Shown in pieces: positions 11,832-24,745 of a stretch of 64,000 nt of DNA. A program made the position numbers and the translations under genes. Location of the stretch: contig NW_026934212.1 of the NCBI RefSeq assembly GCF_032062105.1, forward strand, positions 496,001 through 560,000, given 5' to 3'. Numbering within the stretch: the stretch's first letter is position 1; each line of letters opens with the position of its first letter. The DNA comes from Saccostrea cucullata. Taxonomy: Eukaryota. Below the pieces are notes generated by a model. The model was not told the DNA's origin. It saw nothing but the letters and a program-made list of their open reading frames with translations, and made no database searches.

Positions 11832-14800
11832 ATGGATAAGTTTATCACCCGGAAAAATTTAAATTCAGTGTGTAGACCAAAATCTGTATCTAATGACAGC
11901 AACAGTGCCATAAATAACAGTGATGTGCCTACCTATCCAGATCTTGGTAAAATTATTCCCGAGTCAAAACACCAAATTTCAGATCACTGCAAAGTGGAAA
12001 TTCTCAAATCTAAATGGCATCAGCATGACTTTGAATTTCCGTCAAGGTTAGTACATACTACAATATGAACACATGAAGAAACCTTACAGTCTTCTAAAAT
12101 TTGTGAAATATGCTGATGGTGCCGACACCGTGCGAGCGGAGTACTTGTTATTTAAGGCCTAAGGGCCTATAAAGATCAGGCGCGGATCCAAGATTTTTTT
12201 TTCCGGGGGGGGGGGGGTCCAATTCTGTCCAAAAAATTCTACCCTAGACCTTTTCCTCTCCACAACTCATTTAATGAAATAAAAGATGGTCTTCCCAAAC
12301 CCCAAATTCTCAAAATATTAATTCGGGGGGGGGGGGGGGGGCTAGTACTTTTTCAAAGGACAGTAACTCTTTCCAAAATTCTCAAAATCCTAATCGGAGG
12401 GTGGGGGTGGGGGTGTGAGAGAGAGAAGAGTTTTTGCTACTCGCTACGTCAATTACATACCCCTCTTCCTTCCACCTTTTACCAATATATTCCGGGGTGG
12501 CAAACGAATAATTTTTTGTAATCCACAAATTCCAGTGGGGGGGGGGGGGGTCAGAGGTCATTTTTTAGTTACTCTACATTCTCTATTTTGCTATTCCGCA
12601 AATTCCAGGGGGGGCCCCTCAACCCCCCCCCCCCTTTAGATCCGCGCCTGAACATGTTAACGCATTCATTTAGGGGTGGTGCATGCTGACGTAGGCCTAA
12701 CATCGTATTTCATTTGAAATTGAACCAAAACGGGCTAACCTTAGACTATAACTTTACAACTGTTTTAGATATAAAATAGCGACGTTAACAATGTGTTAAT
12801 GACAAGATTCAAAATATCCTATAGATCTAGTACGTACAGGGTTCAATTTTAACAAATATAATTCTTGTAATGTTTACTACTAGGCCTAAAATAAAATATC
12901 GTTTGTTTCCCCTTACCCACCGACCCACCAAAATCGCCGCGACTCAAAAAATTTTATTGCCTCATCTGAGGAAAAAATATTTTTTAAATGATTTCATTCC
13001 TATCATACCTGAACTCGGTGGATGTGTCTAATATATTTGCTATTAAACATTGATAAACAAATTTAAACTTAATCAAAAAATTACAAATGATTGAACTTTA
13101 TTGTCTGATATCTAATAATTGTTGTTGGAAAAAAAATAAAATATTTTTCCTACCTACCGACCCTTAGGTCACAATGCTGAGTCGGAAAGGGGAAACAAAC
13201 AATATTCTAATTTAGGCCTTATGATAATATATTTATGGGATTCAACATACCTTTCTTTGCATATACGTAAATACTAATAAAAGGTATGTTGAATCCCATT
13301 AATCTAATTAAACTTTATCTAATTATGTGCGAGCTCTCTGTGACAGTCCGTGTTGCTTTGAACACAATATTTGCTGCTTTAGCTTCGTACCTAAATATCA
13401 GTAAACAATGAATTTATTTACCAAGATCATTGTTCAGATACACATCTACAAACTATAAGAAAGTAGAAAATTATTTTCATTCTAAATATTACCTTTGATC
13501 TTTGATATTTAGTCCTCAGACACTTGTGACATGGATCAAGACCCCCACCCCCTATTCCCACCTTATTAAGGTAAAAACTCATATACATGTGTCCTTCTAG
13601 CATGAATTACATTGACAGGGTTGCATAGTACTTTACATTGGTTTTCCTTTATTATGTTATCATTTGAATTGTAGATATTTGTACATAAAGCAGTCATATA
13701 AAAACAAGTCACACATCAAATTATCAATTTCATCATTTATTTATATTGATATTGGATAGACACATTTAATTTTTCTTGTACTTGCAATATAGATTTAAAT
13801 CAACCACCCCTTTTTTTGTCTTTGTCAAATTTGGTTTAAAAAATGTTGATAAGATTTGCTGATTACATAACTTTAATAATCCATGTCAGAGACAATAAAT
13901 AATTTTTTGGGGCTTAAATACAAAAAAAGTCAATCCCAGATTTAAAAAAAAAGAAATAAAAAAAACAAAAAAAGAAGAAATGAAATTAGCTGATTAGAGG
14001 AGGGATGGAATATTGATCCAAGTCCCAAGTACCGAACGTAAAATAATAAGCATTGTTGGTGGTTTGCACAAAGAAAATTGAGAGTTGGATGAGTGTACCT
14101 GAATGCTGGCTATATTTAAATTTTACAGGTCCTTTGGTACCAAATCTCGGCGATTCCAACCATCTTGGTTGAAAGACCATCATTGGATGCGCTATTCTAT
14201 TTCCACCGACTCTGTGTTTTGTGCGTACTGTTTCTTATTTGGCAATGCTGATTCGAAAGAAAAATCGTTCTTATCCAGTCCAATGACAGACTGGAAAAAT
14301 CTGCTATCAATTGCGCGGCGCCATGAAAATTTAGCATTTCATAAGGGTTGTGTAACGGCGGGGGAAGAATTTGTACGAGTAAGTGAAGGGAAGGGAGATA
14401 CCGTTGTGAGCATGCTATCATCAAGCCACAAAAAACATACTGAGAGAAATAGACATATACTTAAGACAATTATCGAAGTGCTATTACTATGTGGTAGGCA
14501 GAACATCCCTATAAGGGGACACACTGAAGATAAGAGTAACTTCATTGCCATCCTTTCTGAATTTGCCAAGAGAGACCCCGTCTTAAGCGACCACCTTGCC
14601 ACGCGTCACGCGTCACGCTCTACCTACTTATCCCCTGATATCCAAAATGAACTAATCAATCTGCTTGGAAACCAGGTGCGCAAAAACATTGTGGATTCTT
14701 GCAGGAATTCTAAGTTTTTGGGCATTATTGCTGACGAATGTACCGATTCCTCTACAAAAGAACAGATGTCTTTGTGCATTAGGTTTCTTGATAGTATCGA

Positions 14801-16175
14801 TGGTTGTCTTGAGATACGAGAAGAGTTTGTTGGCTTTAAATATGCAGAGAGTGTGAAAGGTATGGCAGTTTCCAATATCATCATTGGTTTTCTTGCTGAA
14901 TTGAACCTGAATATTCAGAATCTACGAGCTCAGTGCTACGATGGAGCTGCTAACATGTCGGGGAAATACAGTGGCGTCCAGGCCAGGATACTTCAAGTTG
15001 TTCCCGAGGCTTCTTATGTTCACTGCAAAGCACACTCGCTGAATCTTGCATTGATACACAGCAGCAAGGTTATGTGCATTCGAAACATGATGTCAACAGT
15101 GCAGGATGTGGCATTTTGTTTTGATTATTCTGCAAAGCGTTTGAAAGCATTCTCCGACGAACTGGCTGAAAACGATGACGTACAGGAGCAGATGGACCGA
15201 CGAACAAAACTCAGAACACTGTGCGAAACGCGTTGGTCAAGTCGAGCAGATTCACTGTTCACCTTCCGCTCAGCTTTCCCCGTGGTCGTTGCTGCCCTCC
15301 AATCACTTGAAGATGCTAAAGATGAGAAGGCATCGCAATACTTAGCTGCTATTTTGAGATTTGAATTTATCATTGCACTAGTTGTAGCGGAACACGTTTT
15401 GAGCTCTACAGTAGCCTTAACAAACTATCTTCAAAAAAAGGACATAGACCTTTTAGAAGCAGTAACAGAGGCCAAAGTCGTTATCAGGAGATTAACTGAT
15501 GAAAGAAACGACATTAGTGTTTGGGATGCATTGTATGGCAGGGCAACTGAAATAGCTGCAGAGCATGACTTGCAGCCATGCGTTCCAAGAAGAGCAGGAC
15601 GTCAACAACACAGAGAAAATCATCCCCTAAACAACCCGTCGGATTACTGGAGAGTTTCGTTGTATCTCGTCTTTTTAGATCACCTGGTAAACGAAATATC
15701 TAGTCGAGTAACAAAGAACGAAGAGAGATTTTTAATTTCGTATTTGCTACCAGCCAAACTGCAAGACCTTACAGCGGATGTTACAGATCGTCTGTACAAC
15801 GCCTATAAGTCAGACCTCACTAGCAAAGTAGAGTTTGTGGATGAAATAACAAGATGGAGGATTAGATGGAATCTTGCTGGTACCGATACAGGACCGAATA
15901 AAATCATCGATCTCCTGAATAAAACCAACAAAGACATTTATCCTGGCATTTTCTGCGTTCTGTCCATTTTCTTGACCATGCCAGTATCCTCGGCCTCTAG
16001 TGAGCGTTCGTTTAGTGCGATGCGTAGAGTTAAAAATTATTTGAGAACAACTATGGGAGACGAAAGGATGTCCAATCTTTCTCTGTTGCATGTACAACGT
16101 CATATGCCAGTTGACATTGATGCTGTAATTGACAATTTTGTTGCTGTGAAAAACAGAAAAATCAATTTCATTTGA
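11832..16175 (+). CDS. hAT transposase (ZMYM1/PRKRIR-like: TTF zinc finger, DUF4371-type region, hATC dimerisation domain), about 753 aa; exons 11832-12046 and 14129-16175
   Basis: Donor TCAAG|GTTAGT (phase 2) joins in frame to acceptor TTTTACAG|G; motifs FQPSW...VFCAYC, IIADECTD, QCYDGA, HCKAHSLNL, ETRW, SASSERSFS; no stops. Confidence 0.88.
12177..12650. mobile_element. hAT-like MITE nested in the transposase intron
   Basis: TIR CAGGCGCGGATC...GATCCGCGCCTG; flanks AAGAT/AACAT (4 of 5 match). Confidence 0.7.
12882..13219. mobile_element. Second MITE nested in the transposase intron
   Basis: Imperfect TIRs of about 32 bp AGGCCTAAAATAAAATATCGTTTGTTTCCCCTT / AAGGGGAAACAAACAATATTCTAATTTAGGCCT. 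Confidence 0.65.
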
Positions 16176-17345
16176 AGGAGAATTTGAATTTTAAAGCAAT
16201 AAAAAATGATAAAATTTTGTGGATAATCTTTTTAAAATCTTACACTAAATCCTATCAATTTCATATTACATGCACAAGTCATTTTTAATACAACACGTAA
16301 TACCACATGTCATGACTATGCGTGCAAAATCTGGTACAAAAATTCTTTAAAATTACATCATTTTAAAGATATTTGTAATACAAAATTTAATGTCTATTTC
16401 AATATTTTTGATGCTCAGAGTAGTGCAAATGAGTCCTAATATTTCAAAAATTTCTCGGGGGTGACCCCCCGAACCCCCCCAGCGGGAGGGGGTGACCCCC
16501 TCCCGCACCTACCCCCCTTTAGGCGCTTCGCGCCTCGGTGAAACCTTCGGTTTCATTCTTCGGCCTACACGTTACAATAGTCCTAGCTACGCCCCTGGTT
16601 TAGAATATTGTTCAAGAATTCATGGTAGTTTTTGGACTCATCAGGGTAACACAGATTTAATATTGTATACTGGCTATTTTGAGGATTTATTCTACAACGT
16701 TTCACAAGCTGTGATGGAGAGGTTGAATGATCTGTAAAGGAACTTGATAATTTCGATCTAAACATTAACTTGTATATAACTGAGGAACATTTTTTCTTGT
16801 GATACTCAACTCTGGAGACAGTGAAATAAATTATTTTACTTTTTTTTTATTTACAGACGATAAGTTATGGATAATATTTTTTAAACAAATTGTGTCTATT
16901 ATTAATGATTAACCAACCGACATCGTCTCAAGCCACGGTTCGGAGTCCGCATATATAGCTCCTACCAGAATGGGAGAGGATCGTACATTTTGGCCTTGGT
17001 TTGCGACGATGACCAACCGAGTATATGCAAGTTCCGACACCGATTAAAGTCTACAAAGAACCTTTAATTCACATTTAATACATGAATATTCCGTTCTGCA
17101 TTCATATGATACTATTATGTAGGTTATGATCTGTATTGTTGTATTCTGGTATTTGGATGTACTTAACTATATTATTTATGCTTAGATACTTCATACTTAG
17201 TAACTTCAACACCGCCCCCTCCCCTTCATATTATTAATATTCGTTAATTTTTATTCAATCTTGTATCGATCTAGTTTAATTAAATTAATTAATTGAGTCT
17301 ACCTTTTTATTTATTTTTTTTTTATTTAGTTATTTATTTATTTAT

Positions 17346-19319
17346 TACGAAAGCCGGATAGGCTCATTTGTGAAAAGATAAAAAAAATATTTAACTCGTT
17401 ATAACGAGTTAATTATCTCGTTATAACGAGTTAGTATCTCGTTATAACGAGTTAGTATCTCGTTATAACGAGTTAATTACCTCGTTATAACGAGATAATT
17501 ATCTCGTTATAACGACTTAGTTTTATCTCGTTATAACGAATTACTTATCTCGTTATAACGAGTTAGTTATCTCGTTATAACGAGTTAATATCTCGTTATA
17601 ACGAGTTAATTAACTCGTTATAACGATTTAGTTATCTCGTTATAACGAGTTAATTAACTCGTTATAACGAGTTAGTTATCTCGTTATAACGAGTTAATTA
17701 TCTCGTTATAACGAATTAATTATCTCGTTATAACGAGTTAATTATCTCGTTATAACGAGTTAGTTATCTCGTTATAACGAGTTAATTATCTCGTTATAAC
17801 GAGTTAGTTATCTCGTTATAACGATTTAATTATCTCGTTATAACGAGTTAGTTATCTCGTTATAACGAGTTAATTAACTCGTAATAACGAGATAATTAAC
17901 TCGTTATAACGAGATAATTAACTCGTTATAACGAGTTAGTTATGAATTAAGAATGGCTGTAGTTTTAATGCCATTGATGTTTAGTTGATAATTATCAGTC
18001 ATACATCACTTCAATATTGATAAAAAGTTGCAATTTTAATTTGCGATATGGTTTAAATAATATTCATCCTGAACTATCTTGCTGTCAATAATCACAATTT
18101 GATAAGTATAGCAATCATTATTTACACATTTATACGTGAACTTCTCCAAGGACACAATATAAAAAGAATCTATTACCAAAAGTACTTGCTTCAAAGTTTG
18201 ACAATTTATTTATGACAACTTTCTCCGATAAAAGACACTAATTTTTCTGATATGTTTGGATGACTTATTAGCTTTCATAACCAATGTCTTAGTACCGAAA
18301 TTAATACATTATAATAGGAAGCTAACGCAGGCGTTAATGCAACATATATCATATACACTTACAGTGTGATATATATATTATTTTGAGAGTCAGAAATGTT
18401 TTGAAGAAGGGGGATATGGAGACATCAGCAATGAGGCCATGGGCGTAAAATTCGAGGGCTACTGCTCACTCATAACACAACATCAAGAGGCAGTCATAAG
18501 TTTCCGTATACATGTATATGTATTTGTCTTCGGTTTTTTAAGTATACAATACAAATCAACTGCATCGTTTATACATAAACAGAATACAATCACAGGCACA
18601 ACCCCTCGAAAAACAAAAAAAAAATAAACTAGTTTGCTGTTTTTCAAGAAAAATCTTTATCATACACACTATAAACAAACTTGATCAACTTGGTTTTATA
18701 TGTTATACTATTATACTTCCTATCACTTAGATATATCAACTTTAGATCAGTTTTTAACTCGTCATAACGAGAAAATTGACTCGTTATAACGAGAAAAATT
18801 AACTCGTTATAACGAGTTAATTTTCTCGTTATAACGAGATAATTAACTCGTTATAACGAGATAACTAACTCGTTATAACGAGATAACTAAGTCGTTATAA
18901 CGAGATACTAATTCGTTATAACGAGATAATTAACTCGTTATAACGAGATAACTAAGTCGTTATAACGAGATAATTAACTCGTTATAACGAGATAATTAAC
19001 TCGTTATAACGAGATAACTAAGTCGTTATAACGAGATACTAACTCGTTATAACGAGATAACTAACTCGTTATAACGAGATAACTAAGTCGTTATAACGAG
19101 ATACTAATTCGTTATAACGAGATAACTAAGTCGTTACAACGAGATAACTAAGTCGTTATAACGAGATATTAACTCGTTATAACGAGATAACTAAGTCGTT
19201 ATAACGAGATACTAACTCGTTATAACGAGATAACTAAGTCGTTATAACGAGATACTAACTCGTTATAACGAGTTAATTTTTTTTTATCTTCTCAGAAATG
19301 AGCCTATCCGGCTTTCGTA
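17346..19319. mobile_element. Non-autonomous IS3EU-like foldback element with two inverted arrays of a 20-22 bp unit (palindromic core CTCGTTATAACGAG)
   Basis: TIR TACGAAAGCCGGATAGGCTCATTT...AAATGAGCCTATCCGGCTTTCGTA; 6-bp TSD ATTTAT within an (ATTT)n tract; arrays at about 17392-17940 and 18757-19277 around an ~820-bp spacer. Confidence 0.85.
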
Positions 19320-19459
19320 ATTTATTTATTTATTTATTTGAAATTGTTTTATTTGCATCGGGCTCGAAAAACCGTTTTCTGTTGTCTTTTCATCTCGCCA
19401 TTTCCGATTTGACATCCCTGTGATCATGAGTTTTCAGAGTTTATACTTGTAGTAACTAG

Positions 19460-19540
19460 TTGTAGCCCGACACGGAAGTAAACGAGCAAAAATCCTTTGT
19501 GAAGCAAGAAATAGTCCTTGCAGAATTTTATACCGTAAGT
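19460..19540 (+). promoter_or_regulatory. Candidate promoter and non-coding exon 1 of GTSF1 paralog A (copy 1)
   Basis: ETS-like CGGAAGT, locally CpG-richer, donor ACC|GTAAGT at 19534/19535. Confidence 0.5.
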
Positions 19541-20844
19541 TTATGATATCTTTTTTTTTTTTTTTTAAATTTTTACATTTTTGGTTTGACCGTGACTTGA
19601 GCAGCTGTTGAGGTATTGGCGCCAGTTCGCCATGATGCCTGAACGCCTTGTTGTCCTGGCCACGACAACTGAAGTCGTTTCACCGGTTGCAATTTGCCAC
19701 TGTTGAATAATTATTAGATTAATTAGTCTTGAAAAAAACAATGATAAGTAAAATTAATATTTACTAGGTGAATAACAAAATGAACTTACGCGAATGTGTG
19801 TACAGGTGGTTATCATGGTTATTGAAAATAAAAACAAGTGAATTTGGGACATTAACCACGATGTAACAATAAACCAATAACCTACAAGTAAAATGACTGA
19901 GTTAGCCCAAAATAGTTTATTTTATTAACACTGCATGAAGTTAATTCTCTTAATTATTATGAATTTAAATTTCGTGTGACAAATATATGTACACGTAATC
20001 AGCAATCATTGATTGGAAAGGGCTTGCACCATTGGAGAAAATTGAGGCGTGAAATAAACTATTGATGGTTCTAAGGTGCACATTTAATTTTTAACGATTC
20101 TGTTAAAAATGTTGTGTGTAAGAATTTCATAATTGTTTTTCATTAAATTTTGTTTTAAATGTAATCAATATCATCAGTTAAAAAGTCGTCAAAAACTACT
20201 TCCTGATATATGATATATTTAATAGCAACAAACTTTGAACAAAGGTATATCACCTCACTTATTTCTATGCTTATTCCAAATTTTAAAAATGTAAATCCCC
20301 AAATATGGAAGATTTGATCATATTGTTTACTTGATCCTTTAAATGAGCAGAACTGAATGCATGAAAAAAATCAGCTAAGTAATGAACAAAAATGTTTTCT
20401 AACATATTTCCTAATTTGGTATTTCTTTAAAAAATAAAATATATATGACCCCTTCATTTTCAAAATGAGACATTGTAAACAGGGAAATGTTGACAGTTGT
20501 GCCAGTGGTTCATTGACCTTCATATTTTTCCAATTGAAATCACTATGGGAACTAGTTTTAGCATTTTTAACACTTAATATGTATATACCTTAGTTTAGAA
20601 ATTTTACAATGCTACATGATCCAGAGACCTTGTCACCTTCATCATATAAGAAACTTTACTCCTGTGTATTCCCATACCAAAATAAACTAGTCATGATCCT
20701 ATGATAACTAGAATATGCATGGTTTTAAAAAAAATATTTCTGAAATAGCTTGTACGTACACAAGTTAGTGAATGACACTACCGGTACTAGTGAAAATAAT
20801 AAAAAAAAAAAAATAAACTAATGAATAGAGAGGTTATCATTTTA

Positions 20845-21125
20845 TTAATTGTTGGCCCCATGGTTAGAACTTCTGCTCTAGAGTTGCAAGTAAGGAGTAG
20901 ATCCTTATATCACTGAATTGATTTCCACTGTGGGACATTGAGACTGGTCCATTGGATTAGACTGTATAAACCATGCAAGGTCCAGTGTCACAGTAGGTGC
21001 TGGCACGAAAAAGATATCTAGCTGTTCATTGATGGGCAATTTGCAGCTCTCCACCAGCAAGTGGTGGCGTCTTCATATGAGTTAAAAATTGTCAAGAGGG
21101 ACGTTAAAAAAATAAACATTTTATC
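20845..21125 (+). mobile_element. Decayed tRNA-derived SINE-like element (second copy at about 24110-24390)
   Basis: 3' tail CATATGAGTTAAAAATTGTCAAGAGGGACGTTAAA resembles bivalve SINE tails as recalled; A/B boxes eroded. Confidence 0.4.
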
Positions 21126-21482
21126 AATTGATATATGTACTAAACTAGAAGGAACGTTAATTTTTGTTATGCAAACAAATTATTTTTAAAAAATGGTTTG
21201 GGGGGGTCTATATTCAGTGCACTGGCACTGGATCTACCTTTGATTATTGATTCCAGGCATATCCAGCATTGTATTGATTTCTGTAGCTGTATAAATTCAT
21301 ACAATTTAAAAACACAATGAAAGTATGGTGTAATGATTGATGCATAACAAATTTAAGCATTTATCTAACATTCACAGTAGAGGCAAGTATTGAAATTTCG
21401 GAGGTAATCATGCATATTGAATGAACACAACAAGTATTTAAACAATGTGTTATGAATAGGTTGTAAATTTGACACACTTTTT

Positions 21483-22110
21483 TAGGTCACCTGAGTCACT
21501 CAGGTGACATATTGCTATCCGTTTTCGTCCGTCGTTGATCGATGTCCGTCGTCCATCGTGTGTTAACATTTGAACATTTTCAACTTCTTCTCTGAAACCA
21601 CTGAAACCAATTTCAACCAAATTTGGTATACAGCATATATGGGTAAAGGGGAACAAAAATTATGAATTTTATGATCCCTGCCCCCCTGGGGCCTGAGGGG
21701 TGGGGCCAAAACCACTAAAATTAATGAAATCTTTAAAAATCTTCTTCTTTACTCCTGGACATCAAGCAGTCAAACTGTTTGCATGATTGTAATCAGCATT
21801 GAGTCTTCTACCAAAATTGTGAAATTCATGACCACAGGGTCAGGGGTTCTTGTGCTAGGGCGGGGCTCTATTGATTATATAGTGAAAATGCATTAAATCT
21901 TTGAAAATCTTCTTCTCTGCTCCTGGGTATTAAATAAACTAATTAAGTACATAGTTATGATGAGCAAGAGTGCCTCTTCCAAAATTGTGAATTTTATGGC
22001 CCCAGGGTCAGGGGTTCTGGTGCTAGGGTGGGGCTCTATTGATTTTTAGTGAAAATGCGTTAAATCTTTGAAAATCTTCTTCTCTGCTCCTAGGTATTAA
22101 ATAAACTAAG
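21483..22110 (+). mobile_element. Helentron/HINE-type non-autonomous element, truncated by the duplication junction
   Basis: 5' AGGTCACCTGAGTCACTCAGGTGAC, (CGTC)n microsatellite, ~165-bp monomers. Confidence 0.75.
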
Positions 22111-22729
22111 TTATAACGAGATAATTAACTCGTTATAACGAGATAACTAACTCGTTATAACGAGATAACTAAGTCGTTATAACGAGATACTAATTCGTTA
22201 TAGCTCGGTATAACGGGATAATTAACTCGTTATAACGAGATAATTAACTCGTTATAACGAGATAACTAAGTCGTTATAACGAGATACTAACTCGTTATAA
22301 CGAGATAACTAAGTCGTTATAACGAGATACTAACTCGTTATAACGAGATAACTAAGTCGTTATAACGAGATACTAATTCGTTATAACGAGATAATTAACT
22401 CGTTATAACGAGATAACTAAGTCGTTATAACGAGATAATTAACTCGTTATAACGAGATAACTAAGTCGTTATAACGAGATACTAACTCGTTATAACGAGA
22501 TAACTAAGTCGTTATAACGAGATACTAACTCGTTATAACGAGTTAATTTTTTTTTATCTTCTCAGAAATGAGCCTATCCGGCTTTCGTAATTTATTTATT
22601 TATTTATTTGAAATTGTTTTATTTGCATCGGGCTCGAAAAACCGTTTTCTGTTGTCTTTTCATCTCGCCATTTCCGATTTGACATCCCTGTGATCATGAG
22701 TTTTCAGAGTTTATACTTGTAGTAACTAG

Positions 22730-22810
22730 TTGTAGCCCGACACGGAAGTAAACGAGCAAAAATCCTTTGTGAAGCAAGAAATAGTCCTTGCAGAATTTTA
22801 TACCGTAAGT
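22730..22810 (+). promoter_or_regulatory. Candidate promoter and non-coding exon 1 of GTSF1 paralog A (copy 2)
   Basis: Duplicate of 19460-19540; donor at 22804/22805. Confidence 0.5.
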
Positions 22811-24745
22811 TTATGATATCTTTTTTTTTTTTTTAAATTTTTACATTTTTGGTTTGACCGTGACTTGAGCAGCTGTTGAGGTATTGGCGCCAGTTCGCCA
22901 TGATGCCTGAACGCCTTGTTGTCTGGTACACGACAACTGAAGTCGTTTCACCGGTTGCAATTTGCCACTATTGAATAATTATTAAATTAATTAGTCTTGA
23001 AAAAAACAATAATAAGTAAAATTAATATTTACTAGGTGAATAACAAAATGAACTTACGCGAATGTGTGTACAGGTGGTTATCATGGTTATTGAAAATAAA
23101 AACAAGTGAATTTGGGACATTAACCACGATGTAACAATAAACCAATAACCTACAAGTAAAATGACTGAGTTAGCCCAAAATAGTTTATTTTATTAACACT
23201 GCATGAAGTTAATTCTCTTAATTATTATGAATTTAAATTTCGTGTGACAAATATATGTACACGTAATCAGCAATCATTGATTGGAAAGGGCTTGCACCAT
23301 TGGAGAAAATTGAGGCGTGAAATAAACTATTGATGGTTCTAAGGTGCACATTTAATTTTTAACGATTCTGTTAAAAATGTTGTGTGTAAGAATTTCATAA
23401 TTGTTTTTCATTAAATTTTGTTTTAAATGTAATCAATATCATCAGTTAAAAAGTCGTCAAAAACTACTTCCTGATATATGATATATTTAATAGCAACAAA
23501 CTTTGAACAAAGGTATATCACCTCACTTATTTCTATGCTTATTCCAAATTTTAAAAATGTAAATCCCCAAATATGGAAGATTTGATCATATTGTTTACTT
23601 GATCCTTTAAATGAGCAGAACTGAATGCATGAAAAAAATCAGCTAAGTAATTAACAAAAATGTTTTCTAACATATTTCCTAATTTGGTATTTCTTTAAAA
23701 AATAAAATATATATGACCCCTTCATTTTCAAAATGAGACATTGTAAACAGGGAAATGTTGACAGTTGTGCCAGTGGTTCATTGACCTTCATATTTTTCCA
23801 ATTGAAATCACTATGGGAACTAGTTTTAGCATTTTTAACACTTAATATGTATATACCTTAGTTTAGAAATTTTACATTGCTACATGATCCAGAGACCTTG
23901 TCACCTTCATCATATAAGAAACTTTACTCCTGTGTATTCCCATACCAAAATAAACTAGTCATGATCCTATGATAACTAGAATATGCATGGTTTAAAAAAA
24001 AATATTTCTGAAATAGCTTGTACGTACACAAGTTAGTGAATGACACTACCGGTACTAGTGAAAATAATAAAAAAAAAAAATAAACTAATGAATAGAGAGG
24101 TTATCATTTTATTAATTGTTGGCCCCATGGTTAGAACTTCTGCTCTAGAGTTGCAAGTAAGGAGTAGATCCTTATATCACTGAATTGATTTCCACTGTGG
24201 GACATTGAGACTGGTCCATTGGATTAGACTGTATAAACCAAGGTCCAGTGTCACAGTAGGTGCTGGCACGAAAAAGATATCCAGCTGCTCATTGATGGGC
24301 AATTTGCAACTCTCCACCAGCAAGTGGTGGCGTCTTCATATGAGTTAAAAATTCTCAAGAGGGACGTTAAAAAAATAAACATTTTATCAATTGATATATG
24401 TACTAAACTAGAAGGAACGTTAATTTTTGTTATGCAAACAAATTATTTTTAAAAAATGGTTTGGGGGGGTCTATATTCAGTGCACTGGCACTGGATCTAC
24501 CTTTGATTATTGATTCCAGGCATATCCAGCATTGTATTGATTTCTGTAGCTGTATAAATTCATACAATTTAAAAACACAATGAAAGTATGGTGTAATGAT
24601 TGATGCATAACAAATTTAAGCATTTATCTAACATTCACAGTAGAGGCAAGTATTGAAATTTCGGAGGTAATCATGCATATTGAATGAACACAACAAGTAT
24701 TTAAACAATGTGTTATGAATAGGTTGTAAATTTGACACACTTTTT

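Larger units (their letters stand above)
11574..16597 (+). mobile_element. Autonomous-looking hAT DNA transposon (about 5.0 kb)
   Basis: Perfect 14-bp TIRs CAGGGGCGTAGCTA / TAGCTACGCCCCTG; internal intact transposase; flanks TTTTA/GTTTA (4 of 5 match, no 8-bp TSD). Confidence 0.9.

Noticed and set aside
14103-14128. ATG at 14103 as the transposase start
   Set aside because: It lies in a splice-acceptor region; upstream exon 11832-12046 splices in frame
17392-19277. CRISPR-like array of palindromic repeats
   Set aside because: Linkers are only 6-8 nt and not unique, there are no cas genes, the context is eukaryotic, and the arrays lie inside a TIR element
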